From: Rhynchobatus australiae
Lineage: Eukaryota
Reading direction: 5' to 3'
Assembly: GCA_034780895.1 (NCBI GenBank)
Contig: JAUZTB010000048.1
Coordinates: forward strand, 29,710,221 to 29,774,220
DNA: 64,000 bases
Shown here: positions 26,462 through 39,110 of the stretch, one piece after another
How positions within the stretch are numbered: the first letter of the stretch is position 1
Layout: the number at the start of each line of letters is the position of its first letter
Made by a program: the position numbers and the translations under genes
Notes under the pieces: model-generated
Databases searched by the model: none
The model's input: only the letters and a program-made list of their open reading frames with translations
Told to the model about the DNA's origin: nothing

Positions 26462-29400
26462 TATCTCTTCCAAAGAATTTGTACTTTTATTCATGTTAAT
26501 AATTTCAAATGAAGTTGTTTTGTCTTGAATTGTTGTAGAGCTATTTCATCCCATTTATACTTCTACCAAATTTTGTCTTGCAATTACTGGAATTTGTCCT
26601 GTTTTGAATTAAAAGACCAGGCTCCTCATGGACTCTTTTGTAGAACGTTTTAGCTTCATTGTCTCCTGGTTATTCTGTAATTGCCTAATTAATAGAAACA
26701 AACCTGGAGTCAGCAGATATTTTTATGGCGGTCTAATTTAATTAAATGGATTTTGCTGTTGTTGCTCAGTAATGCTTCTCTTGCAGGATGGAATCTTTAA
26801 TATCCCTGACGCTGAAAAACTTGACCTTTAGACTGTGGTTGATAGTTAAATGTTTTTCAAAAGCTGTGGTGTAAGTACATGGACAGGAAGCCTGCTGGCA
26901 ATGAGATGTATCACAAAGGCCAGAACCTAACCTGTCTATTTGGGCAGGGGCCAGGTACGTTAAAACCAGATTACTGTTTTGGCATGGTGTCCATGAGTGC
27001 CCCAGGCAGAACAGTGAACACTCTCAATGAATCCTTCAGCCCTAATTGCCAGATGGGATTGTATATTTGATAGACATTTAATAAAAGAAGCTGGATGTAT
27101 TTTCCTGCCACCTTTGATGGAATGGGGTTTGTCACTAAACTCTGCTGTACATTCAAAGGAGCCTCTCTTTCCTAGTTGGGTAATGTTGCTCAGGGCATTT
27201 CTGATTTCTCACAGGTTTAATCATCTGTACCGCATGTTTGTCTAACACCAAAGTCACTTGGCAGCAATGGACAATGCATGGCTGCCCTACCACACTAATG
27301 TTACCTATTTTCTGTTGTATCTGAGAGACAGCTGATTTATGTCTTCCATATTCTTCTGCTTCTGAACAAAAGCATTAAAAAATCATCAGTGCCTTGAATG
27401 GTGTATCAATCAGTTACCACACTGTATGCCAACAATTGTTTGAGTATTGGTCTGCCCAATGGAGATTCAGTAAGGTTCAAGGTCATGTAATACAGAAGGT
27501 GTCTTTGCACACTGTGCCAATGCAGGGCGCTGAAGGATAATTAGCCAAGTCCAGAACTGAGGTGCTGTGGGGAAGGGGAGGCCAAGTATTCTATGTGGAG
27601 GGCAATACACATGTTTGGAGGACGTTAGTGAACTGCAGCCTGTGGTGGCTCAGCATCAGGCTTGTGACTTTGAGCCTTGAGAGGCTGGGAAGGGCTTGCG
27701 TCCAAAAGAACATCGTGCCAGGAATTATGTCATTATATCGGCATCAGGTTGGGAAAGAGCTCAAAGCAATAACAATTTGATATGGAGTATCTACTCCAAT
27801 TTCTGGAGTAGGTTCAAAGTCATTGTTAACCAAGTTCTATTTTGAGAAACATTGATTTTTCAAAGCATAATGCTAAAAGATGTAGTTCTGGGTGTCTGTA
27901 AATTGAAATTTTGATTTTTACTGTCCCGAGATCCATTGTGCACTCTTTTTACAGGAACACCCAAGGTAGTTCACTACATATGAACTGTAAATACTTAAAT
28001 AATTGATTTCACTCTGTATTTGGCATAATTTCAAACCGTGTTTATTGCGAACATTAAATTAAACAGTAGAAAATGTGTATTTAATTTACAGAAAATAGCA
28101 CCATAACTTGCTTGTTCACCAAGTTTCATATGTTCAAAGATGTACACTAATATACAAAACAAGAGGATTTCAAGTTCATGTGTATGTTGAACAATTCTTC
28201 ATTCTGTTTTAAAAAAAATTGTCTGAATTGCAATGTAATGCTAGCACTTATTACTAAATATAAACNNNNNNNNNNNNNNNNNNNNNNNNNNNNNNNNNNN
28301 NNNNNNNNNNNNNNNNNNNNNNNNNNNNNNNNNNNNNNNNNNNNNNNNNNNNNNNNNNNNNNNNNGTAATGCTAGCACTTATTACTAAATATAAACAATT
28401 ATACTTTTTCTCAATACATTTTTGGGCAAATAATTTTTCAAATTACTACAAATGTTCTGGCAGTTTGTTTTACAACAGGCTACTGTCAACTCCCCAAAAT
28501 AGTCAATTGATCAAATGTCAGTGATTACTGTGCTATAATCTGCATTTGAATGTTATTTTTAACACAACTAATTTCAGTTAAATACATTCATCCACTTCAG
28601 AATCTTTGACCATTCATAACCATTCATTAACATTTAAGATCATTACTGAAGATGCAATTTTTCATTTCTGCCGCAGAAGTGTTACTGGATTATTATAGAT
28701 GCAATAAAGCGCTCTAATGTTCAGTTGATGCAAAAACAATTTATAGATGCATCATGTTCAAACATTGGAAGCACACAAGTTGGCAACTGATGAAAGTTTA
28801 AGACTCCTTGATCAAAAGTCAATCATTTCATTGTTCTAACAATTCACCATTGTGAGCAAATTGGCAGAAATTCTGTAACTGAGTGCACAAGGTGGAGAGA
28901 TGAACAAACATCTGTGTATGTTCTTTCATTTCTCAATTTGCCATTTGCTGAGCCCAGGTAACTGCTGTTCATTTCTCTATATCTGCTCTAGGAATCTTTG
29001 GATATTTAAAGGTGAAAGCAAATGCACACTAGATTTAAAATTTATGTCTTCATTTTAAAGTTGGCATGGATTATGTGTAGCTTAGCCTGATATATGGGAA
29101 TGAAGGTTAATGATGGATTTTCATAGAAAAATTAAAGTTTACATTTAAAAATAAATAACACTGGTAACTACATGGATATCTTAGGCTACCAGAGTCAAAA
29201 TATTTGCTACTGTAAGAAAACAAAACCTGGCCTGATTTATAAGATAGCAACGTTCTTCTGGCTAATGGTAGCTTACATCCTGATATATGGTCTGGCAGGC
29301 AGTGGTGATGCCAGGATATTTTTGAACTCCAAATGTTAAGATTTGCTCCAGTGCACATCTTGCACCAGATTGTACCTCACGCTGTTCACTATTCTGGGTT

Positions 29401-29967
29401 TGAACATTTTATGTGGCATTTCCTTTGAAGAGTAAAATTCTTTTGATTAAATGGCCACCAACTGAAACATTTAAGATCTCATATAAAATCTTCAGCCTTT
29501 TAACCCGTTCAGCACTGAGACTAAGCTTTCAAAATACTAGTATCTTTGTATGGACTAAATAAAATTGGAAATTTCTGTAAATGAGTAATTTAAAATAGAA
29601 TTATAATATGTACAAAGCAAATAGCATTTTTGAAATCAGTCATATTATTTAATGGTAATGCCAATATCTGGCAGAACATTACTGTTCTCAAAGGGTTAAT
29701 AACACATGGACAGTAACCTACAGCCCTTGTTTCTGAAGATATTTAACTTGAATATGCAGTAACCCAGTTTGTTTTGCTTAGTGGTTCTTGATTTAAAAAT
29801 CTAGATTGGCCATGGACCATTACATTTCTAGTGTACTTCAGTCTGCCACATGTTTATGTTTGAAATGAGTATTTCCAGTTAGTTCATCGTGAGATTTACA
29901 GGAAGCATTTTAAATCAAATGATGGCCAATTCTTTCAGTTCTAGTTGCTCTTGTTACCTTGGTTTTG

Positions 29968-30305
29968 TCAGCTATGCATTGGTGAATCGTTCAGTAAAAC
30001 ACCACTGAATGTAGAGTACAGCTCCTCTGTTCCTGTGTAAGCTAATTTTCCTGACATGACAACAACACTGACTTCATCACCAGCTTTCAGCCTGAGAATT
30101 AGGCTGAATACAGCGAGGCCACCTCCAGGATGATTCTTAGTTTCATCCACTGAAATTTCTAGTAGTTCAGTCCTGTAGCCAGCTGTGTCCACTTGTGCAA
30201 TGCTCACATTGGATATTGTCAGCACAGCCTCAATGCGTTCATTTCTCTGCGGAGTCAATACAGCACTAATAAAATACTGTCCGCTGTGAGGGACGGTAAA
30301 TATAC
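29968..30305 (-). CDS. EMILIN3: gC1q domain exon 2, terminal coding exon
   Basis: ttttgcag| then GIFTVPHSGQYFISAVLTPQRNERIEAVL...VFSLILRLKAGDEV...YSTFSGVLL...HS to TGA. Typical gC1q motifs GxFT, GxY and STFSG are present. Confidence 0.92.
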
Positions 30306-30998
30306 CTGCAAAACAAATGAAACCGAGAACTTTAGATTCCTGTAGCTATGGGCTAGAACTGAAATCTTGGTCTGAAGTCCCATTTACTACTTGTACCGTA
30401 CAAGGACCAGGCAATAATTATTTTCAGTAAGATCTGAGCCAACTACCATTGAGTTACTACTCTGTCAGATCAGCATTTTGGGGGTAACCAATGATTAAAT
30501 AAATACTGGGCCCAAAATAGCAAGTCAGAGCATGGGTAACCTAACATGAATGAATAGGCTCTTAACTTCACAACGTCATACTGCCACTACAAGGCACAGA
30601 TGGGGGAATGCAATAGAATATCTTCCACTTGGCTGGATTAACAGAGCTCCAAGATGCTCAAGAAGTTAACATTATCCAGATTTCAGGTCAAAACAATTTC
30701 TGGATTCATCATCCACCACCACGTGCATTTCATCCACCATCTTAAATATTTCCTCTACAAATAGCTTTAGTATGTACTATTCGCAAATAGTAATTGACAA
30801 GGCTTTTTTTTAACAGCTCCTTCCAGATGTCCACCATGAACCACAGGTAAGTGGTTTTACTTTCAGAAATTTACTTCAAACACAGAACAGTGCAGCACAC
30901 AGCAATGATTCGTTTCTGGGGCTTGTAAAATGGCTTATGCCGGTTTGAAATGATAAACTACCAACCAAGCATCTGTGTGTTTGCCAGGGATGTCATAC

Positions 30999-31130
30999 CT
31001 GTGTTGGGTGCATAATGCCCTCCATCATTGATGAGAATTTTGTTGAACCTTACAACCCCATTATCAGCAGTGAAGGGCTCTTCAGTTAGACCAACAGAAA
31101 ATACGACATGTTTTGTAAGAGCATTGTTTC
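30999..31130 (-). CDS. EMILIN3: gC1q domain exon 1
   Basis: ttatttacag| ... |gtatga, 132 nt. Encodes [44 protein letters not shown], the EMILIN-type gC1q start. Confidence 0.9.
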
Positions 31131-32495
31131 CTGTAAATAAAACATCANNNNNNNNNNNNNNNNNNNNNNNNNNNNNNNNNNNNNNNNNNNNNNNNNNNNN
31201 NNNNNNNNNNNNNNNNNNNNNNNNNNNNNNNNNNNNNNNNNNNNNNNNNNNNNNNNNNNNNNNNNNNNNNNNNNNNNNNNNNNNNNNNNNNNNNNNNNNN
31301 NNNNNNNNNNNNNNNNNNNNNNNNNNNNNNNNNNNNNNNNNNNNNNNNNNNNNNNNNNNNNNNNNNNNNNNNNAGGAAATGTTTGTGATGGAAAGAATCT
31401 GTTTAAGGCACTTCCTATGTTGGGAACAGTAAACTGAACTGTAAAATGAGGTTAATCTTTGAATTTTATGCTTCCCTTAATTGGGTATACGCCTGTGCTA
31501 CATAGTTAATTGACCACTGGGTTATCAGTGTTCCAATCAAAAAAAGAACAGAATATGTTCATTTGCTGAATTTTCCAATGCTCTAAATTTATTACTGCCA
31601 AGNNNNNNNNNNNNNNNNNNNNNNNNNNNNNNNNNNNNNNNNNNNNNNNNNNNNNNNNNNNNNNNNNNNNNNNNNNNNNNNNNNNNNNNNNNNNNNNNNN
31701 NNNNNNNNNNNNNNNNNNNNNNNNNNNNNNNNNNNNNNNNNNNNNNNNNNNNNNNNNNNNNNNNNNNNNNNNNNNNNNNNNNNNNNNNNNNNNNNNNNNN
31801 NNNNNNNNNNNNNNNNNNNNAATTTTCCAATGCTCTAAATTTATTACTGCCAAGTAAAAATATTGAGATGCCACTGTCATTAGAACTTGTGGACAATCCT
31901 TTAATGCTGCCACCTGAGGTAGACTTGAACTTGATACAGATGTATGAAATAAACATTCTTGACCAGTGCATTTAAGTTAAGCCTATTCTTAACTCCAGAT
32001 GGTTAGAACCACAAAGGACAAAACTGAAGTGAAACTTGGCACAATTATCAAGGAAAATATTCTCCAACTCTTCCATTATTCACATTAAACTCCCATACAT
32101 GCAGAGAATTCAAAAACTTGAACAAAGTTCAAAAAGAAACACCTTTGATGCATTCAATATGGTTCTGTCAGAAATGTTGCTATTGATCATTGACTTTCTT
32201 GTGCAGCTCCCATAATACATACAGCATGTGATGCACATTGTGGCTAATGCTGTTGGCTTCTAACCTGCCAGCTTGTCATTTTCCTTCCATTGACTGTGGT
32301 GGGGATAATAGTTTTGTCCAGTCATTACAGGAGGAGAGAAAACCAAGACTGGAATATCACTCTCAAATTAAGAAAACTGGGCACTCTGTGGTAAACTACT
32401 GAATAAAAAATCTTGCCAATTGGGAGTAAACTAGAATTTGGAAGGTTTTAGCTTTGTCTCTGCCCAACAGGCTCACACTTATCCCCTTTACTGAC

Positions 32496-32564
32496 CTGGA
32501 AGTGCTCCTGTTTTATTGCAGGCCTCAGAGGAAGGGCACTCCTTTGGGGTCTTATAAATACCCA
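32496..32564 (-). CDS. Candidate 69-nt linker exon before gC1q
   Basis: ttattgcacag| ... |gtcagt, phase 1-1, stop-free (VGIYKTPKECPSSEACNKTGALP). Supported by splice signals and position only. Confidence 0.45.
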
Positions 32565-32679
32565 CTGTGCAATAAGCTGCTCACATAATGTAGTCTTGCA
32601 CCCAGACATTGTTTACTTTGGAATGGCACCGTTAATTGAAAGATCATGGCAATTAATCATTTTATGTACACAAGGAAAG

Positions 32680-32975
32680 GGAATTTCTAAGGCACGTCAC
32701 GCATAGATTTCCGGATGTCCCAAAGAACTTTGATGTACTTCTGATGCTCTGTCACTAGATTGTGTTGGAAAAGTGTTAGCTAACTGGAGTATGGTGACTT
32801 CTCACAAATAATTTGTTCATTAACAATAAGTAGTGTAGGATAAATACAGATCAACGCACTGGAGAAATCGCCCAGTTCAAAATAGTGCCACGGGGTTTGT
32901 CTTTTCACACACATACGAGAGTGAGTAGGCCTTTGATTTACTGTCTCACTGATGGCACTTTCTCAGTACTCCACT
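32680..32975 (-). mobile_element. DeuSINE-like ancient SINE
   Basis: Minus strand cagtggagtactgagaaaagtgcc...tggcactattttgaac resembles the Deu central domain. Related pieces at about 39140-39510 (+) and 43090-43400 (-). Confidence 0.45.
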
Positions 32976-34969
32976 GGTATTGGTTAATTATTGTCACTTG
33001 TACCAAGGTACAGCGAAAAACTTGCCTTGCATACTGATGTAGTGTTAGTCTGAGGCATGACTACCAGACACCAAAATTTGAAGAAAAAAAGTTTCTAAAT
33101 GGAATGACAAAGTCAGAAATGGATTTATTAGGCTTGATAATAAGGAATTCTGCTTTAGTTCACAAGAACAAAAGTTATGGATTCTGTACACTGGAGTTGA
33201 GCTTTTGGCAATTGGATTCAATGGTTTTCAATGGCTTATGGGTAAAATATAACTTCTCATCGTGGATGAATGCATCCAATTTTAAAATAGAAGACACCCG
33301 AGTACAGTAGATATACAATAACTGCCATTTACATAGTTTGTATAATGTCTCTCAGTTCTTCAGATCTACCCAGACATAATGGACGAAATGACAAAGAACA
33401 GCTATCCAGATGACCAAAAGTGAGTGCATGAGGGATTGCAAAAGGATATATCACATCAGTTGTTAATGATTAAGCAATTCACACATCTACATTGTATCTG
33501 CAATAGAACAAAGCAAACTTCTAATCTAAGAATCGTTTGCTAGTTAAGTCAATAAGCCATTCTGATCAGTAGCTCAAATAAACAAGTTGCTTAAATAAAA
33601 GAAACAAACTTGGGTGTGCCCACAGGGATAGTAAATACTAAATGGCAGAGGCATAAATCTTGGTTCCACTTGAGTGCAGTAAATTTAAAATATAAACGTG
33701 GGTGAAGTTTCATTACAGTGTAATTATCTGACAACATATGGAATACACATAATTTTCCACTCTATACAAAAGAGGGCTTTTCCCAATCCTTCAATTTTTA
33801 AACCATTTGATACTTATTAAAATTTAAAAATCTAACTAAAAATCAGAAAAAAATTGATGCTTTATAAAATCTAATTCAATGTTTTTTTTTGTAAAAGCAT
33901 TTAAATTTCCAGCTCAATTATCTCCAAAAATTCAATGTTAATAATATAGGTACTTCTGGCAGCAGTGCTGCACATTACTGATTATTCTTGACAGACCATT
34001 TTAATGCAATTGGAGAGGGGAACTTAAAGTTACGACAGCTGACAGAAATGTACTCTTATGGGAAAATCAGTAACAGCAATTTCAAGAAGTTGCATGCTGA
34101 AAGTGGAAAGATATCTCTACAGCACCTTACCGGAATACCTTACAGCAATATTATCAAACAGAACTTGACATCAAGCCACTTGAGATATTTAGGCTAGGTG
34201 ACTTGAAAGTTTGGCCAAGGAGGTAGCTGTAAGGGAGTGTCTGAAAGTAAAGACAGATACAGAAAGACAGCTTGGGAAAAATTCCAGAGCATTGGGTTTA
34301 GGCAACATAAGGCATGACTGTGGAGAGATGGAAATTGGGATTCTCATGACTCCAGTATTAGAACAGCACAGATCTTGAAAGATTATATACCAGGAGGCGG
34401 ATATAGATTGGAAGGAGCATGGACATAGAGGTGTTTGGAGGTCAGGGTGGTAGGGGATGATTATGAAAACAGAATTTTAAAATCCTAGTGGGAGCCACTG
34501 TAGGTGGTGTACAAACAGGACTTGGTGTGAATTAGAATATGGGCCGCAGAATTTTGAATCAGCTTCAATTTACACAGGACACAAGATGTGATGACCACCA
34601 CAAGAGCATGGGAATGAAGATCTGAGGGAACAATGGCAGAGATGAGGGTTAGCTGCAGATGACTGAAGGCAGGTATTATGATGAAAGTATCTTGGTGAGG
34701 TTGAGACTTTGATTGGAAGTTCAGCTCAGAGTAGACTCAGTTGTCAAGCTGGCAAACAGTCTGGCTCTGTCTCTGTAGCTAGGAACATTGGTGAAGTCAG
34801 TAGTAGGGGAATACAGTCTGTAGTGGGCAATAGTTTAGGTTGTCCCAATTTCATCCATTACAGAAGGCCAGAAGCAAATCAGAGATGGTACATAGATGCA
34901 GAGATAGGGCTGTGTGCTGTCAGCATGTGTGTGGAACTTTATAAAATAACACCCAATTACATGATTCCC

Positions 34970-35190
34970 ATTTCAATTCTCCCCACTTTCCCATCAACTT
35001 CCCTCAGATTCTACCACTCACCCACACACTAAGGGCAATTTACAGTAGCTATTTAAACTACCAACCGACACAGGAAACTGGAGGAAACCCATAGCAGAAT
35101 GTGCAATCTCCACACAGACAGCACCAGAGGTCAGGATTGAATTCAGGTCACTGGAAGTGTGAACAGCTTTACCAGCTGACATTGCCAAGA
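34970..35190 (-). mobile_element. V-SINE-like copy (degenerate)
   Basis: ctccacacagacagcaccagaggtcaggattgaa and the agattctaccactc tail are shared with the copies at 54640 and 61100. Confidence 0.65.
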
Positions 35191-35430
35191 GAGACCTGGC
35201 TGTGCTATATGTTATTCAGTCAGTTACAGCAAACTGCAACAAAATCATCTCCTAGCCAACCAAAGCTGACTCTGGAACGATTCTAAAATTTGGAAATTTA
35301 TTTGCAGATATCGAACTTCAATCGTTTGTGATGGTCTACGATACCAGTATTTTTAATGTTACATACTGTTTTTAGGAAAATAAATAGTTTGGGATTTTAA
35401 AATATTCCTTTGTAATTTGAGTAATTTTAC

Positions 35431-35466
35431 CTGATGATCCTGGAGGGCCTATGGGTCCTTGTAGAC
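35431..35466 (-). CDS. EMILIN3: EMILIN collagen-like (Gly-X-Y) exon
   Basis: ttttgaatttcag| ... |gtaaaa, 36 nt, phase 1-1, encodes GLQ GPI GPP GSS G. Confidence 0.8.
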
Positions 35467-37135
35467 CTGAAATTCAAAATAACACAATTACGTTTTGGAA
35501 CTCTGCCACTGTTTAAAGAGTTTGGCATTTAACTCCATACATTTATATTGGCAGATTTTATTTAATGGTTTTGACTTGATGCACGTAATTTCCTATGACA
35601 AATTAACTACTGTTGTTGAAAGTGTCATGAGTTTGCTGTTTTGCATTCAATTATTGATAGTATACAAAATTGAGGTACTTAATTGTTTATCTGAAATGCA
35701 AAATGATCAGCTGGCAATCAGAGAAGTTCAGAAGTTGACCCATGGAAAACTGGAAGATTTCACTGTGATAAAACTTTAAACTTAAATTAAATCTTGCTAC
35801 TAGAATCCAAAAGAATGAATTAATCTTGTAAAGTAGGCTTTTAAAAAAAAGCACATTCAAGCCCTTCTCCTGATAGACATGATTTATTCATATCACCAAG
35901 CTCCATTTATGTGCAATGGATGTAGCTATGCTTCAATACCACCAATTACTTGCATCAATGTTGTCGGCTGTGTACATTGTAGCTTCTTTTACCATCTATC
36001 ACATGAACCGTGCGGGTGACATGNNNNNNNNNNNNNNNNNNNNNNNNNNNNNNNNNNNNNNNNNNNNNNNNNNNNNNNNNNNNNNNNNNNNNNNNNNNNN
36101 NNNNNNNNNNNNNNNNNNNNNNNNNNNNNNNNNNNNNNNNNNNNNNNNNNNNNNNNNNNNNNNNNNNNNNNNNNNNNNNNNNNNNNNNNNNNNNNNNNNN
36201 NNNNNNNNNNNNNNNNNNNNNNNNNNNNNNNNNNNNNNNNNNNNNNNNNNNNNNNNNNNNNNNNNNNNNNNNNNNNNNNNNNNNNNNNNNNNNNNNNNNN
36301 NNNNNNNNNNNNNNNNNNNNNNNNNNNNNNNNNNNNNNNNNNNNAGAACTGGCACAGACTTCACTGGTCTTTCTGTATCATTCTAATAAATTTTAAAGAG
36401 CTACTCATAATAACTAGATTAGTTTCTGTACAGGAGACAAAGCTGCTTTCATGAACTAAAATGTGTGAAAAAGGCCGCAAAGTACACCAACTGTAATTTA
36501 TCTCCAAAAATGTTTTTAAATAATTACAGCCAATTAAAGATTTGCCATTGGAAATAGTTGCTATACTCTCCTTTGTAACAGTTAAAATTATAGAATAATA
36601 AACTATCATCTGTTAAATCATCAGTACTTTTAACAGTACATCATTATCATGAAGCATTTACAATAAGCATGATAACCTATTGCCGATAAATTATAAGACC
36701 TGTTTCATGCAGCAGGTCTAATGAGGTCTTAAAGAGGTTTGATCTGTTATGTGAAGATGAATCTCTATGATTAGATAAGTACCTTAAATTCATTTACTCT
36801 TCATAACAGATTTTGTTTCCAAAATGCCATTTAATTACAGCTGAGATATGAGAAATTTCATGATGGATTGCAAAGTGTATTAAAGAAGAAGGTGATTCAG
36901 ATGAAGGATTCAAAAAATTATTGACACGATGAAGTGTTTTTAATAGTCTGTGAACAATTTGTCTCCAGTCTCTTCTGTTCTAATTTTAGGAACCCTTTTT
37001 TCAAAGTGCATAATTTAATAGTGCTTTCTGACAAATGTTCAGCTGACATGTTGAAGTACATTGATGTGAGGCCTCAAATATTACTGTTGATTTTCAAAAT
37101 GATATTTTCAAAATGAACAGTAATATTTGAGACTC

Positions 37136-37548
37136 CACATAGAACATTACAGCATAGTACAGGCCCTTCGGCCCAAAATGTTGTGCTGACGCTTTATCCT
37201 GCTCTGAGATCTATCTAACCCTTCCCTCCCACATAGCCCTCCATTACTCTATCATTCATGTGCCTATCTAAAAGTCTCTTAAATGTCCGTCATGTATCTG
37301 CCCCCACAACCTCTGTCGGCAGTGCGTTCCATGCACCCACCACTCTCTGTGTAAAACAAAAACATACCCCTGTCATCCCCCCTGTATCTTCCTCCAATCA
37401 GCTTAAAATTATGCCCCCTTTTGTTAGCCGTTGTCGCCCTGGGAAATAGTCTCTGACTGTCAATTCGATCCATGCCTCTTATCATCTTGTACACCTTTAT
37501 CAAGCTACCTCCTCATCATCCTCCTCTCCAAAGAGAAAAGCCCTAGCA
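37136..37548 (-). mobile_element. CR1 LINE 3' end
   Basis: Minus ORF IKVYKMIRGMDRIDSQRLFP...RGHNFK; tail gggccgaagggcctgtactatgctgtaatgttctatg. Confidence 0.82.
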
Positions 37549-38299
37549 CATCATCATCATATCAAAAGATCAATTCAATTAACAGCCACAACAGTTAGTA
37601 AAGGATTCCATTTATAAATTTAGAACTTTTAGTTTACACTATGATCTATCAGGTCGTTGGAAATCTCTTTAGCTTCACAACAGGTGCAAGTCTCATGTCA
37701 GGTACAATATGGTGGGGGGAGGAGGAGTCTTGTAACACAATTCTTTGTGTTCAACTGTAATTGGTGATTACACATGGATTATTGATGCAAAAATGTCATT
37801 TATTGATGGACACTGTCAAAACATTCCTGCTGATATCAAGAATCCCATTAAGATTAAAAGTCTTTGTACTTGTGGTTTAATCTTTGTTGTCATAGCCAAA
37901 CTGGGGCAGTGTTGATAACTGAATTGAATACTTAACGTGTTTCCAGAGCTCAGAGTCATTGTGAATGATTTTGCTGTGACAAGCAGTGGAATCGTCCAAT
38001 AACTACAATGCTAATAAACAGCTCTTGTTAATGAGTTGGATTAAGCTGCTTTTAATTTTTAAAAAATATTTCAGCAATTTATTTTGTGACCTCCGATTTG
38101 CCCCATTGTTTTCAAAGGCTTATTCAAAACACTGAGGAAGATTTGGGTCTTGGCACTGAAGTACCAGTGGATGAATATCCATTGATTTTTCAATGAAAAA
38201 TGTGCTCTAAAACTGCTATATGAGATGCTGAAAATGTTAAGTACCCTAGTATTAATGTAATAAAGCTTCCATTGTTGGAGAGAAGAGAAATCTGAGAGG

Positions 38300-39110
38300 T
38301 ATACATCAGCAAAGTTGGCTCAAACTAAATCCACAGTCTTAATATCATCTGCAAACTNNNNNNNNNNNNNNNNNNNNNNNNNNNNNNNNNNNNNNNNNNN
38401 NNNNNNNNNNNNNNNNNNNNNNNNNNNNNNNNNNNNNNNNNNNNNNNNNNNNNNNNNGTCGGTGCACTGCATTTGGGTTCTCTGAGTTTGCTCAACATTG
38501 TGATATCCTGTTGTGGAGGAAGCTTTCCTTCTAACTATCCTATTGATATCCCTCATAATTTTCTATACCTCAGGCAGGTTCTTCTGCCCCCCCCCAGCTT
38601 CCTCTATTCCCGGGATAACAAACCCAGCTTATCCAATCTCTCCTCTGAAATGAAATGCTCCAATCCAGGCAACATCTGGTAAACCTTCTCTGCACCCTCT
38701 CCAATGCAATCACATCCTCCCTATAGTTTGGTGACCAGAACTTTGCACAGTATTCAAGTTGTGACCTAACTATTACTTCCCTAGGCTTATATTCTATGCA
38801 CTGTCTAAACTGCCTTCTTAGCTACCTTATCTATTGTGCTGTTACCTTTAGGGATCCTTGGACCAAAATCCCTCTGGCCCTCAATACTCCCTAGAGATCT
38901 ACCATTCATTTATATCCTAGCCTTATTCGACCTCTCAAAATGCATCACCTCACACTTATCAGGATTAAATTCCCTCTGCCAATGCTCTATCCATCTTACC
39001 CACTGATCAATGTTGTTGTGTAACCTAAGACTCCCCTTCTCACTATCAGTAACACCACCAATTTTCATATTATCTGTTAACTTACTAATTATACCTCCTA
39101 CATTCACATC
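38300..39110 (-). mobile_element. CR1 LINE RT fragments
   Basis: Minus ORFs contain FADDIK and ISKLTDNMKIGG...WQREFNPDKCEVMHF. Confidence 0.8.

Noticed and set aside
28235-28396. 31-bp direct repeat flanking a 100-N gap
   Set aside because: Identical sequence on both sides of a gap indicates unmerged overlapping contig ends, not a biological repeat.
31569-31854. Direct repeat (aattttccaatgctctaaatttattactgccaag) around a gap
   Set aside because: Same scaffolding artefact; also seen at 40242-40391 and 24524-24637.
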